Below are positions 9,699 through 18,878 of a stretch of 64,000 bases of DNA, one piece after another. How positions within the stretch are numbered: the first letter of the stretch is position 1; each line of letters starts with the position of its first letter. A program made the translations under genes and the position numbers. The notes beneath the pieces were generated by a model. The model saw only the letters and a list, made by a program, of their open reading frames with translations. It was not told where the DNA came from and searched no databases. The stretch is from Promethearchaeota archaeon (GTDB lineage: Archaea; Asgardarchaeota; Lokiarchaeia; Sigyniarchaeales; SOKP01): positions 1-64,000 of the forward strand of contig JBHLOC010000004.1 in assembly GCA_048940925.1 (NCBI GenBank), read 5' to 3'.

Positions 9699-10136
9699 TT
9701 AGTCGTATCGCTTATATGTGAAAAGCAACCAGAAAAATCCTAGAACACCAACGATAGTTGCGACTATAATTACATAGTTTGGCCAATAAGCAGCATCAAA
9801 AGTTCCTGGAGCTGTAATCCATCCTACAATTGCCATGATACCTGCTGCTGCCATAATACTTAACACCACTAATCCCATGCCCATTGCATATTCTTCTTCC
9901 CTGAACATACCAATTCCAGAAACTAAACTCCAGAATCCTAAAAGGGCTGAAATTACAGCCTGCCCGCCGAAAATAGTAAGCGCATCTTCTAAATCCGGAT
10001 CTTCCAACCATGAGGGTGTATAAATACCTGCCCAAGCCAAAAATTCCATAACGGCTTTTAGGATAAAAAGAAGCCCAATGATAATCATTAGGATATTTAA
10101 TAATTCATTTGAATCTTTTTTCTTCTCTTTGCTCAT
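9699..10136 (-). CDS. four-TM membrane protein
   Basis: Four hydrophobic helices. Confidence 0.75.
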   Translation of the reverse strand: MSKEKKKDSNELLNILMIIIGLLFILKAVMEFLAWAGIYTPSWLEDPDLEDALTIFGGQAVISALLGFWSLVSGIGMFREEEYAMGMGLVVLSIMAAAGIMAIVGWITAPGTFDAAYWPNYVIIVATIVGVLGFFWLLFTYKRYD

Positions 10137-10290
10137 TTTTGATTGAACCTTTTAATTTTAATTTAAATTATGTTATTGAAGTTTGGTAGAAGATTTTCTT
10201 ATATAAACTTACTTTAAATATTTTATAATGAAATAAGCTGTCTTTAGCTAATATTGTTTTAAAAAAGATGAGTATAATATATATAAAATA

Positions 10291-10839
10291 TTAATTTATC
10301 TTTTTTATGGCATTTTTTCCAGCATTATAAGCTTTTTTTAATAAATTAGAGTTGTTTTTTACCTCACCACGACGATTAAAACCTGGTGCAAGTACAGTGT
10401 CGACTAGTTCCATATTCAAATAATTTAAAACATCCGTTAGAAGACCTACTGTATGTCGAGCATATCTTTCATGTCCACCTCCTAAGGGAATCACGAGTAT
10501 AACACCTTTTCCTTTAAATTCTTGGTGTTTTGGACAATACCATCTATCTAAAAATGCTTTAAATTGTGCTGTCGGTCCCCACCAATATATAGGAGTACCT
10601 AAAACCCATAATTGGCTTAATTCCATCTTGTCTAATAATGGTATCATATCATCTTTTTGCACACATTGACCCGTTTTATAACAACTATTACATGCTTGAC
10701 AAGGATTTATATCTAATTTGTTTAAAATAACCTTTTCAACGGATACTCCTGCTTCTTCTGCACCAGCTAATACTTGATCCACTAAAATATCAGTATTCCC
10801 CCCTATTCGCGGGGATCCTACAATACCTAAAACTCGCAT
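10291..10839 (-). CDS. iron-sulfur flavoprotein / NADPH-dependent FMN reductase family
   Basis: GSPRIGGNT, CQACNSCYKTGQC, GTPIYW, KAFLDR. Confidence 0.9.
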   Translation of the reverse strand: MRVLGIVGSPRIGGNTDILVDQVLAGAEEAGVSVEKVILNKLDINPCQACNSCYKTGQCVQKDDMIPLLDKMELSQLWVLGTPIYWWGPTAQFKAFLDRWYCPKHQEFKGKGVILVIPLGGGHERYARHTVGLLTDVLNYLNMELVDTVLAPGFNRRGEVKNNSNLLKKAYNAGKNAIKKIN

Positions 10840-10926
10840 AATAATACTATTGTAGTTTTATTAAAATAATTATCGTTTAGTGAAGTTTTAATACTACAGC
10901 AATTCAATTAATGAAGATTAGATTTA

Positions 10927-11601
10927 TTAAAAATCGAATATGAAGGCTTTACCTTTTTTGTCAATAATTTTAATCAGATCCATTTTTCTTAAACAATAAC
11001 TCATTTTTCGAGCTAGTCCAATTGATTTTTTAAGAGAACGTGATAAATCATGATTAGTGAAGGGAAAAGAAAGATTATCTGGGATTATATTTTGAAAGTC
11101 ACTAGGATTAGAAAATTTTTTTCGTTCGATAATTCTAATTAATTTTTGATCATAAATACTCCATCCATTTCTCCTCCAACTTCCTTTTCCATCATTTTTA
11201 CGAATTTCTTCAATTTGAACTAAAATCACCTCAATTGAGAAATTGGGATGAGAAACTATATGTGGGATACTAATAAGTTCATGAAAGATATCTATGTATG
11301 AATTATGTTTTGGTGACAATCTTCTTCGGATTTTTTTCCATTGAGAATCTAACTTAATAATCCATTTATCCTTAATAATGGGATATACCAAACGAACTTT
11401 ATGATTTTGTATTAACTTTTCAAGTTTTTTTCTAATACTTGAGAAATTGCAAGTTTGTATCTCAATTAAAAGATTATTTCGTACAATATCTATTATAAAA
11501 TTATCAACTGACATTTCAAGTTGATCAAAGGGTTCTTTATACCATTGCTTTAAAGCGACATGAAGAGATTTTTCTTGTAATGTGCCAATCTGATTTGGCA
11601 T
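10927..11601 (-). CDS. conserved hypothetical protein, PD-(D/E)xK nuclease-like fold
   Basis: EKSLH…LK, IIDI…LIEIQT; C-terminal wHTH-like segment. Confidence 0.65.
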   Translation of the reverse strand: MPNQIGTLQEKSLHVALKQWYKEPFDQLEMSVDNFIIDIVRNNLLIEIQTCNFSSIRKKLEKLIQNHKVRLVYPIIKDKWIIKLDSQWKKIRRRLSPKHNSYIDIFHELISIPHIVSHPNFSIEVILVQIEEIRKNDGKGSWRRNGWSIYDQKLIRIIERKKFSNPSDFQNIIPDNLSFPFTNHDLSRSLKKSIGLARKMSYCLRKMDLIKIIDKKGKAFIFDF

Positions 11602-11820
11602 GTTTAAAAATAGTCTATAAATTCTGTTATAAACTACTGAAATTTTTAATTAAAAAGAAAATAATATCTGTATATCTATGATTTTCCAAAATATAAGAAA
11701 AAATGCTACTTTTTTGGTTGGCTATCTCTTATAAAAACCAGTTTATAATACATTTTTAATCACTTTTCAGCTATTTAATCTAATTGTCATAAATTAAATT
11801 TTTAGTAATTAAGAAATAGG

Positions 11821-13245
11821 TTATTCAAGGGCAATAGGTTCATATCTCACGGTAGCTGTTCTACCGCGTTCAGCATAAGAAAATTCAGATTTTTGTGGAT
11901 TTAAATGTTTTTTTAGGAATTCTATGGCTTTTAATCCTTTAGGATATCCTTCACAGATGAAAATATCAATACTAAGATATCCATGTTCTGGCCACGTATG
12001 AATTGCTGCATGACTAGTTTCTAGTATTGCAATAGCACTGTATCCATATGGATGAAAATTATGATGATACACATCGAGAATCTTTAAATTAGCATGTATA
12101 AGAGAGTTTATAAAGACTTTCTGAATCTTCTCGTTTTCTAATAGCAGTTCTTGCTTTGAAAAATGCATTTCTCCAACAAAATGATGTCCCACAGGCCGAA
12201 ATGGAAATTTAATTTTTGATTTTACTTCAGAGGTATATATTGGGTGTGAACTAAAATTTATTACTGACCTAATGTCTGGGATTATAATTGATTGTAAATA
12301 GTATAGATGACTAAATTTACCGATTATACTCGCACCTTTATAGTGATTGAAATCAGGAAGCATTTCATTAATTATGAACCCATGATCTAATATTGATAAT
12401 TGTAATTTCTGCATTTGTTCAGGTGGTTTACTTCCAAAACTGAGAAGGCATTTCTTGCCTATTATAGGATGTATTTTACCATTAATACGGAGATTCGATT
12501 TTAAAGCTTCTCTAGCTCTTTTCAAAAATAATCTTAGTCCTTCATTAGTATAAGGGGGATCCATTACAACTATATCAAATCTATTAACGATATTATTTGG
12601 GCATAGTTTCCTTAAATCATGAGGGAGAACATTAAAATTATTTAACGAGAGTTCCTGTGCTGATTGGGAGAGAAAATCTAATATTCTGTTGTCGATATCC
12701 AACACAGTAATTTCTTTTGATAAGTGGGTCAAACCAACCGCTAATGAGATAACATCATCATCACCTAAAAAAATAATCCTTCTTCCTTCAATATCTCCTT
12801 TTTTTAACATATATAATGTCTTTTTTATTACTGTTGAGAAATCTGCATGAGACTGATCAAGAGCAAATTCTGGAGTTGGTCGATTTTCAAGATACCTCTT
12901 TACTTCTTTTAAATAAGAAAACTCTTCAGGTAATTCTCTTACAACACTTTCAAAATTTCCTGGAAGAGGATCATAATCAAATTTCAAAGCTAGATTTGCT
13001 TTTACCCATTCTCTTCCTCTTTCGCCAAGAAAATTCCTTTTTTCAATAATACCAGATTTAACTAACTCATTTCTTACAGCAGCAAGAGTAGGAATTGCAA
13101 TACCAGTTTTTTGTGATAATATTTTATTTTTAAGCGAAGGAAAACGATACATATATAACAAAATTGAGCGAACCCCTTCAATGCTTTCGGCTAACTGAGC
13201 TCTTTCTGCCACCAAAGTGAGTACTTTTTCTGCCTCTTCATTCAT
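11821..13245 (-). CDS. fusion of BpsA-like branched-chain polyamine synthase and pyruvoyl-dependent S-adenosylmethionine decarboxylase
   Basis: BpsA motifs DQSHA, LGDDD, LDID, HDLR, DPPYT…GLRLFL; C-terminal AdoMetDC motifs GHHF, F.PYG.S, LETSH..IHTWPEHGY..IDIF.C. Confidence 0.85.
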   Translation of the reverse strand: MNEEAEKVLTLVAERAQLAESIEGVRSILLYMYRFPSLKNKILSQKTGIAIPTLAAVRNELVKSGIIEKRNFLGERGREWVKANLALKFDYDPLPGNFESVVRELPEEFSYLKEVKRYLENRPTPEFALDQSHADFSTVIKKTLYMLKKGDIEGRRIIFLGDDDVISLAVGLTHLSKEITVLDIDNRILDFLSQSAQELSLNNFNVLPHDLRKLCPNNIVNRFDIVVMDPPYTNEGLRLFLKRAREALKSNLRINGKIHPIIGKKCLLSFGSKPPEQMQKLQLSILDHGFIINEMLPDFNHYKGASIIGKFSHLYYLQSIIIPDIRSVINFSSHPIYTSEVKSKIKFPFRPVGHHFVGEMHFSKQELLLENEKIQKVFINSLIHANLKILDVYHHNFHPYGYSAIAILETSHAAIHTWPEHGYLSIDIFICEGYPKGLKAIEFLKKHLNPQKSEFSYAERGRTATVRYEPIALE

Positions 13246-13418
13246 TGCCTAATATCTTTATTAATTATAATTTCATTTCCTTGAATTATAGTTTCCTCTC
13301 TTTTTTCTTTTTTACGAATTTAAAGCAAATATATGCAAAAAATGAGAATAACACTTTAAGATCCTAAACTATTGAATTTGATTCCAAAAAAAGAAGCAAA
13401 TATTTATATATTCTCGAC

Positions 13419-13444
13419 CAATAATATTCCTGAACAATAATATT
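13419..13444 (+). promoter_or_regulatory. direct repeat CAATAATATT x2, possible PadR operator
   Basis: Copies at 13419 and 13435, just downstream of TTTATATA (13403). Confidence 0.35.
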
Positions 13445-13480
13445 ATCATTAGAGAATATTAAAAATTCTATAAAAATAAA

Positions 13481-14059
13481 TTGTATTTGAATATGTCATC
13501 AGAAATAGAGTATGAATTGAATCATAGAGAATTTGTTGTTTTAGGCTTGATAGCAGAATTTCCTAGCCATGCATATAGTATTAATCAAAGGATTGATGAG
13601 AGAGGCATGAGAGATTGGACTAGCATTGGAAAGTCATCTATCTATAATGATTTGAACAATTTGGAAGAGAATGGATTAGTAAATTCCTATAGAGAAGAGG
13701 TCGATAATCGTATACGAAAAGTATATTCAATTACAGAATATGGGTCTAGAATTCTAAAAAAAACGACATATAAGGTGCTAAAAGAATTTATCGGAAAAAA
13801 CGATGAAAATTTTTATGTTGCATTTTCTATGCTTCCGATTTTGACTCAAGAACAACAAATTGAGGCAATTTCAAACTGTTTAAACACAATTATTAAGCAT
13901 AAAAAAGAATTGGAAGATATGCTAGAGGAAAATTCCAAAATGCCGTTAAATGTGCGAGGTCTTTTTGTACACCCTATTAAAATCTTAGGAACAGATATAG
14001 ATTTCTTAAATTGGGTGTTAGACGAAATAAACAATCAAGGGGGTAAGAATAATCAATAA
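13481..14059 (+). CDS. PadR family transcriptional regulator
   Basis: VLGLIAE..SHAY, SSIY..L..LEE.GLV, RKVYSITE.G; ATG 13493 is a likely alternative start. Confidence 0.9.
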   Translation: MYLNMSSEIEYELNHREFVVLGLIAEFPSHAYSINQRIDERGMRDWTSIGKSSIYNDLNNLEENGLVNSYREEVDNRIRKVYSITEYGSRILKKTTYKVLKEFIGKNDENFYVAFSMLPILTQEQQIEAISNCLNTIIKHKKELEDMLEENSKMPLNVRGLFVHPIKILGTDIDFLNWVLDEINNQGGKNNQ

Positions 14060-14063
14060 GTTT

Positions 14064-15182
14064 TTGGTGAATAATTTTATCCACAGAGTTGGGTACCATT
14101 GCGAATCATCCTCTATGAGAGACCTATTTGAATTTTACGGTTTTCCCATGTCAGAAGCGATGGCATTTGGATTAGATGCAACAATGGGATTCGGCTTTTT
14201 TGATACAACTAGTAGGGTATCATTTATCCCTGAGTCAGATATTCCCTTTTTCCTTGGAGGTAAACAAGGAACAATAGCGCCAAACTCACTAGCATGCCGT
14301 TTACTAGGTATTACCTTAAGAAAACAGTCTTTCACAAGTGCAGATAAAGCGTGGGAAGAATCGAAAAAACTAATTAATCAAGACATCCCAATAATTCTTC
14401 AGATTGACCTAGGATATTTACCTTATTTTGAAAAAGAAGGAGATATTCACTTTGGTGGTCATGCAATAACTTTAGCAGGATATGATGAAGAACATGGAAT
14501 AGCCTATGTAGGGGATTCAGATCTAGAAGGATTTCAAAAGGTTACAATTGAACAATTAAAGAAGGGACGAAGTTCCGTATTTGGACCTAAATTTATGTGT
14601 CCAAATAATACTCAATTTTCCATGAAAAGGAGACCTGACAAAAAACATCCTCCCTTAGCTGCAGGCGTTAAAGTTGCAATCCAAAAAGTAGTATCCAATA
14701 TGCTACGTCCTTCTGTAAGCAATAATGGGATTCAAGGTCTGAAATTATTCGCATCTTCGATACCTCAGTGGGAAGAAAAGCTAAAAGGAGAAACAAAAGA
14801 TCCTAAAGGAAAAAGGATTTCACGTTCAAAATTAATGTTTGAATTATTACATGGTTATATTGAAACATGGGGAACTGGAGGATCATTATTTAGGAATTTA
14901 TATAAAAAATTCCTTGAGGGTTTATTGACCCATTCAGAGTTAAAAGAAGGTCCAAGAGCGTGGAATAGTGCTGAATTCAAGATACTCGAAAATATAATTC
15001 CCAATATTGATGAATCAGCTAAAAATTGGTCTTTAATTGCAGAAATTTTAAAAAATGCTGCGAATGAATACAAAGACGACTGTTTAAACCATGTGAATTT
15101 AAGTGAATTACATAATATAGTTCTTAACATTCTCTCAAAAGAAAAAGATATCTTCAATTTATTATCAAAAATTAAGATTTGA
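14064..15182 (+). CDS. BtrH N-terminal / DUF4872-like papain-fold protein
   Basis: HCESS..RDL, SEAMAFGL, D..YLPY, HFGGH…AGYD, GTGG.LFR.LY. Confidence 0.8.
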   Translation: MVNNFIHRVGYHCESSSMRDLFEFYGFPMSEAMAFGLDATMGFGFFDTTSRVSFIPESDIPFFLGGKQGTIAPNSLACRLLGITLRKQSFTSADKAWEESKKLINQDIPIILQIDLGYLPYFEKEGDIHFGGHAITLAGYDEEHGIAYVGDSDLEGFQKVTIEQLKKGRSSVFGPKFMCPNNTQFSMKRRPDKKHPPLAAGVKVAIQKVVSNMLRPSVSNNGIQGLKLFASSIPQWEEKLKGETKDPKGKRISRSKLMFELLHGYIETWGTGGSLFRNLYKKFLEGLLTHSELKEGPRAWNSAEFKILENIIPNIDESAKNWSLIAEILKNAANEYKDDCLNHVNLSELHNIVLNILSKEKDIFNLLSKIKI

Positions 15183-15193
15183 ATGGTGTTAAA

Positions 15194-15622
15194 ATGATAA
15201 ATAATAATTTAGCTTCTCATTGTGGATTGTATTGTGGGGCATGTCGAGGATATTTGCTTGAAAAGAAAGACTTATTTAAAGAAAAAGGATATAAAAGAGG
15301 ATGTAAAGGGTGCATTATCCAAAATAAATTTTGTTCATTTATCAAACGAGATTGTCCATAATTACGAAAAAAAGAAATAAGATTTTGTTTTGAATGTAAG
15401 AGTTTTCCATGTTCGAGATTGAAACGAATTGAAAAAATGTCTACGAGTAAATATAATGTAAGTGCTATTGGGAATCTTAAAAGAATTAAAGAAATTGGAG
15501 TCGAAAAGTGGCTTCAAGAGCAAAAGGAACTTTATATCTGTCCAGATTGTGGAGGTGAAATTTGCGTTCATGATGCGGAATGTTATGATTGTGGGTATAA
15601 CATTAATCCAAATAAAATTTAA
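15194..15622 (+). pseudogene. DUF3795-like Cys-rich protein interrupted by an in-frame TAA
   Basis: CGLYCGAC…CKGC…C.FIKRDCP*LRKKEIRFCFECKSFPC…CPDCG…CYDCG in one frame; TAA at 15359-15361. Confidence 0.8.
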
Positions 15623-15636
15623 AGAGAGTAAATAAA

Positions 15637-16320
15637 ATGGAGATACCTAATATAGATGATTTTAGGAAAGTATTTCTTAAATATACCAAAATGGCTTTTA
15701 AACTATTACCTGATATTGATAAACCTAGAATTCTTGATGTGGGCTGTGGTACGGGAGTATCTACAATAGAACTAGCGAATTTATCGGAGGGAGAGGTAAT
15801 CGGATTAGATATAGATCAATTAGCATTGGAAAGATTTAAGGAAAAAATAAAAAATTTTGGATTTGAGAGCCGAGTGAAAATAGTGAATACTTCATTTTTT
15901 AATAATAATTTTAGTGATGAATCAGTAGATATTATTTGGGCTGAAGGTATTTTCCACATTATAGGATATGATAAATCTTTTAAAGAAAGTTATCGACTCC
16001 TTAAAGAGAATGGTTTCTTGGTTATGGTAGATACCTTGAATAGAATAGAAAGCAAATTCTCTGGGATAAAAGGAAGATTAGATTACCTTGAAAATTTAGG
16101 TTTTAATCTCTATAATCAAGTTAATTGGAAGAAAAGTGCGTGGTGGATCGAATATTATCAACCTTTAGAAAAAAAGCTTAAAGAATTACGAGATTCTAAA
16201 ATAGATGCCATCCTATACCAAGATCTGATAAAACATGAAAATGAAATTTCCATGGTTAGGCAAAATCCCAAAAAATTTGATTGTGCTCATTATATATTAC
16301 AAAAAATTAAAAAAAAATAA
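15637..16320 (+). CDS. class I SAM-dependent methyltransferase
   Basis: ILDVGCGTG, GLDID, DIIWAEG, LLKENG. Confidence 0.9.
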   Translation: MEIPNIDDFRKVFLKYTKMAFKLLPDIDKPRILDVGCGTGVSTIELANLSEGEVIGLDIDQLALERFKEKIKNFGFESRVKIVNTSFFNNNFSDESVDIIWAEGIFHIIGYDKSFKESYRLLKENGFLVMVDTLNRIESKFSGIKGRLDYLENLGFNLYNQVNWKKSAWWIEYYQPLEKKLKELRDSKIDAILYQDLIKHENEISMVRQNPKKFDCAHYILQKIKKK

Positions 16321-16434
16321 TATGATAATTAGAAAATGGATGTTACAAGAATAAACGGAGTAAAAATTCAAAATTTAAAAAAAAATTAGAAGTAGATATA
16401 CCAAAAAGGAAGTTAATTTTTAAAAAAATTTTTA

Positions 16435-17592
16435 TTATCTTTTCATTGCTTTTTTAAACAACGGTATCGCAATCAATAAAAGGATACCTCCAAAAACAAT
16501 TAAAAAGATTAAATCCATTGATATAGCTGGAACATTTGCTCCCAAAATCATTACTTTCCGCATTGCATCAGCGGCATAGGTTAACGGAAGAATCCTTGAA
16601 ATTATCTGCATGAAGTTTGGCATTTGTTGAATTGGAAAAAACACACCACTCAAAAACATCATTGGAAACATAATTGTCATCATCATCATGGTCGCCGTCT
16701 CTTCTTTTCCCGTAAAAGAAGTGATTAAAATTCCCATGCCAACAAAACTAAATACATTTAAAAAAAGGACTAGAAACACTAGCAATAAGCTCCCATTAAT
16801 AACAACATTGAATAATAATATTGCCAAAATAAGGACAATTATGCCTTGTATTAATCCTCGGATAGTTTGAGCAAGTGATTTCCCAAGTATTATTGAAATT
16901 TTCTTGATCGGAGCTGTTAACATCCCATCCAACGTTCCTATATCTTTTTCATATGAGATCGCATGAGGTAATCCCGTCATTAATGCCATCATCACTACCA
17001 TTGTCATGATACCAGGAGCCATAAATTCAAAATAACTGGGATTTCCTGGATATATCCCCTTAAAAGTAGGATTATACGGAACTAATTCATTATATGAGAC
17101 ATTACCTATGTTAAAAAGGGCGTATTGTGTCCCTAATTGTTTGATTAACTCATTTAATGCTGTTTCTATCATTAAAGACATCTGCGGGTTAGATTGATCT
17201 AATATAATTGTAATGGTTCCTTGGTGAGCTGATAATAATTCAGAAGAAAAATTCGTTTCAATCAAAATTCCAGCATTAATTTTTCCATCTTGAATCTTTA
17301 TTTTGATATCATTATAATCTTTAGCATCTCTTAACACCATCATATGTGTCTTGTTATTAGCAGCTTTTAAACTATTATAAAATATTGAACCATAAGGACC
17401 GCTATCTTGATTAGCCACTGCTACTGGAATGTTAGTTATTGCATTATTGGAGGGAAATATGTAACCAGTCATTACCATCATAAATAAAGGCATCAAAATT
17501 AACATGACTAACCGTATTTTGCTTCGTCTAAACTCGAGCAAATCTTTCCAACATATCCAAAAACTATGTTTTAGTGTGCTAATTAACTTCAC
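16435..17592 (-). CDS. ABC-2 transporter permease (DrrB-like)
   Basis: FMAPGI, EKDIGTL…LTAPI, FLSGVFFPI, LPLTYA. Confidence 0.92.
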   Translation of the reverse strand: MKLISTLKHSFWICWKDLLEFRRSKIRLVMLILMPLFMMVMTGYIFPSNNAITNIPVAVANQDSGPYGSIFYNSLKAANNKTHMMVLRDAKDYNDIKIKIQDGKINAGILIETNFSSELLSAHQGTITIILDQSNPQMSLMIETALNELIKQLGTQYALFNIGNVSYNELVPYNPTFKGIYPGNPSYFEFMAPGIMTMVVMMALMTGLPHAISYEKDIGTLDGMLTAPIKKISIILGKSLAQTIRGLIQGIIVLILAILLFNVVINGSLLLVFLVLFLNVFSFVGMGILITSFTGKEETATMMMMTIMFPMMFLSGVFFPIQQMPNFMQIISRILPLTYAADAMRKVMILGANVPAISMDLIFLIVFGGILLLIAIPLFKKAMKR

Positions 17593-17603
17593 TTTTCTAT
17601 CAC

Positions 17604-18620
17604 CTATCGTACTCTATTTGCTCGACGACGATGAAAAGGCCCAGCGCTACTTGAATGGCTATCATTCAATTCATCCCTTACTTCATGTCCAGTCATATGC
17701 AAGAAGACATCTTCCAGAGTTGGTTCCAAATCTTTAATGTATGTGATTTTTCCATTTGCTTTTCGAATAACATCAATTATGTTATCAAAAGCATCATCTC
17801 CTTTAGTTTGGATCCTAACTTTAGTGTCGGAAATCCTTGTTAATTGTTGAACAACCTCAAGCTTTTGGAGTAGTGATACCATTTCATTATTTAGATTTGC
17901 AACCTCTAATTCCATAACCAAAACATCAGCTCCGACTACCATGCGCTTTAGATTTTGAGACGTGTCTAAACCAATTATTTTACCATAATCGATAATAGCG
18001 ATTCGATCGCATAATAAATCCGCCTCCACCATCATGTGAGTCGTTAAAACAATGGTAGTATTATTTTTGAGATTAATCTCCTTAATAAACGCACGTAATT
18101 CACTTGTTGACTGAGGATCCAGCCCCAATGTTGGTTCATCTAAAAATAAGATATGAGGGTCATTTAATAGAGCTCTAATTACATTTATTCGTTGCTTCAT
18201 TCCTGTTGAAAAGGTATTGATCAATTTATCTCCCCATTTATCCATTTTTACTAACTTAAGTAGTTCATCAATCTTGGCTTTTAGCTTTTTCTTTGGAATA
18301 TTATACAGTTTCCCAAAAAGTTTCAAGTTTTCACGAGGCGTTAGCATATCATACATTATCATCTTTTCTGATACTAATCCAATATTTTCCCGAATCTTAT
18401 CTTCATCATGTTTTAAATCATACCCACCGACAATTGCAGTGCCTTCTGACGGTGTCGCTAAAGTACATAGCATACGGATCAAGGTGGTCTTCCCCGCACC
18501 ATTGGGACCTAATAATCCGAAAATTTCACCCTTTTTTACGTCAATTGATACGTGATCGACTGCAATGAGGTCTTTAAAATTTTTAGTTAAATCAATTGTT
18601 TGAATTGCTATTTCTTCCAT
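17604..18620 (-). CDS. ABC transporter ATP-binding protein (DrrA-like)
   Basis: GPNGAGKTT, FSTGMKQR, LFLDEPTLGLDP, TTH, C-terminal PTLEDVFL..TG. Confidence 0.93.
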   Translation of the reverse strand: MEEIAIQTIDLTKNFKDLIAVDHVSIDVKKGEIFGLLGPNGAGKTTLIRMLCTLATPSEGTAIVGGYDLKHDEDKIRENIGLVSEKMIMYDMLTPRENLKLFGKLYNIPKKKLKAKIDELLKLVKMDKWGDKLINTFSTGMKQRINVIRALLNDPHILFLDEPTLGLDPQSTSELRAFIKEINLKNNTTIVLTTHMMVEADLLCDRIAIIDYGKIIGLDTSQNLKRMVVGADVLVMELEVANLNNEMVSLLQKLEVVQQLTRISDTKVRIQTKGDDAFDNIIDVIRKANGKITYIKDLEPTLEDVFLHMTGHEVRDELNDSHSSSAGPFHRRRANRVR

Positions 18621-18878
18621 ATCTCATCATTATAATTTTCTCTTGTAACCATCTCATCTATGAATAAGTACTTATCTAAAATCTATTCCGTGGAAATTTT
18701 TTACTTTTTTACAACCTTTATTATAACTTCTATGCTATTGAAAATTTGTGATATCTCAAAAAAAAATATATTATTAATCATAATCATACGTATAATTTTA
18801 TAAACTCAAGGATTAAAATTTATAAATTTTTAGAGTTTACTATAAAGGAAATAAAAAAAGGAGAATAAATTATTAGAA

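Noticed and set aside
15359-15361. In-frame stop in a Cys-rich protein as possible selenocysteine
   Set aside because: The codon is TAA, not TGA, and is not at a Cys position.
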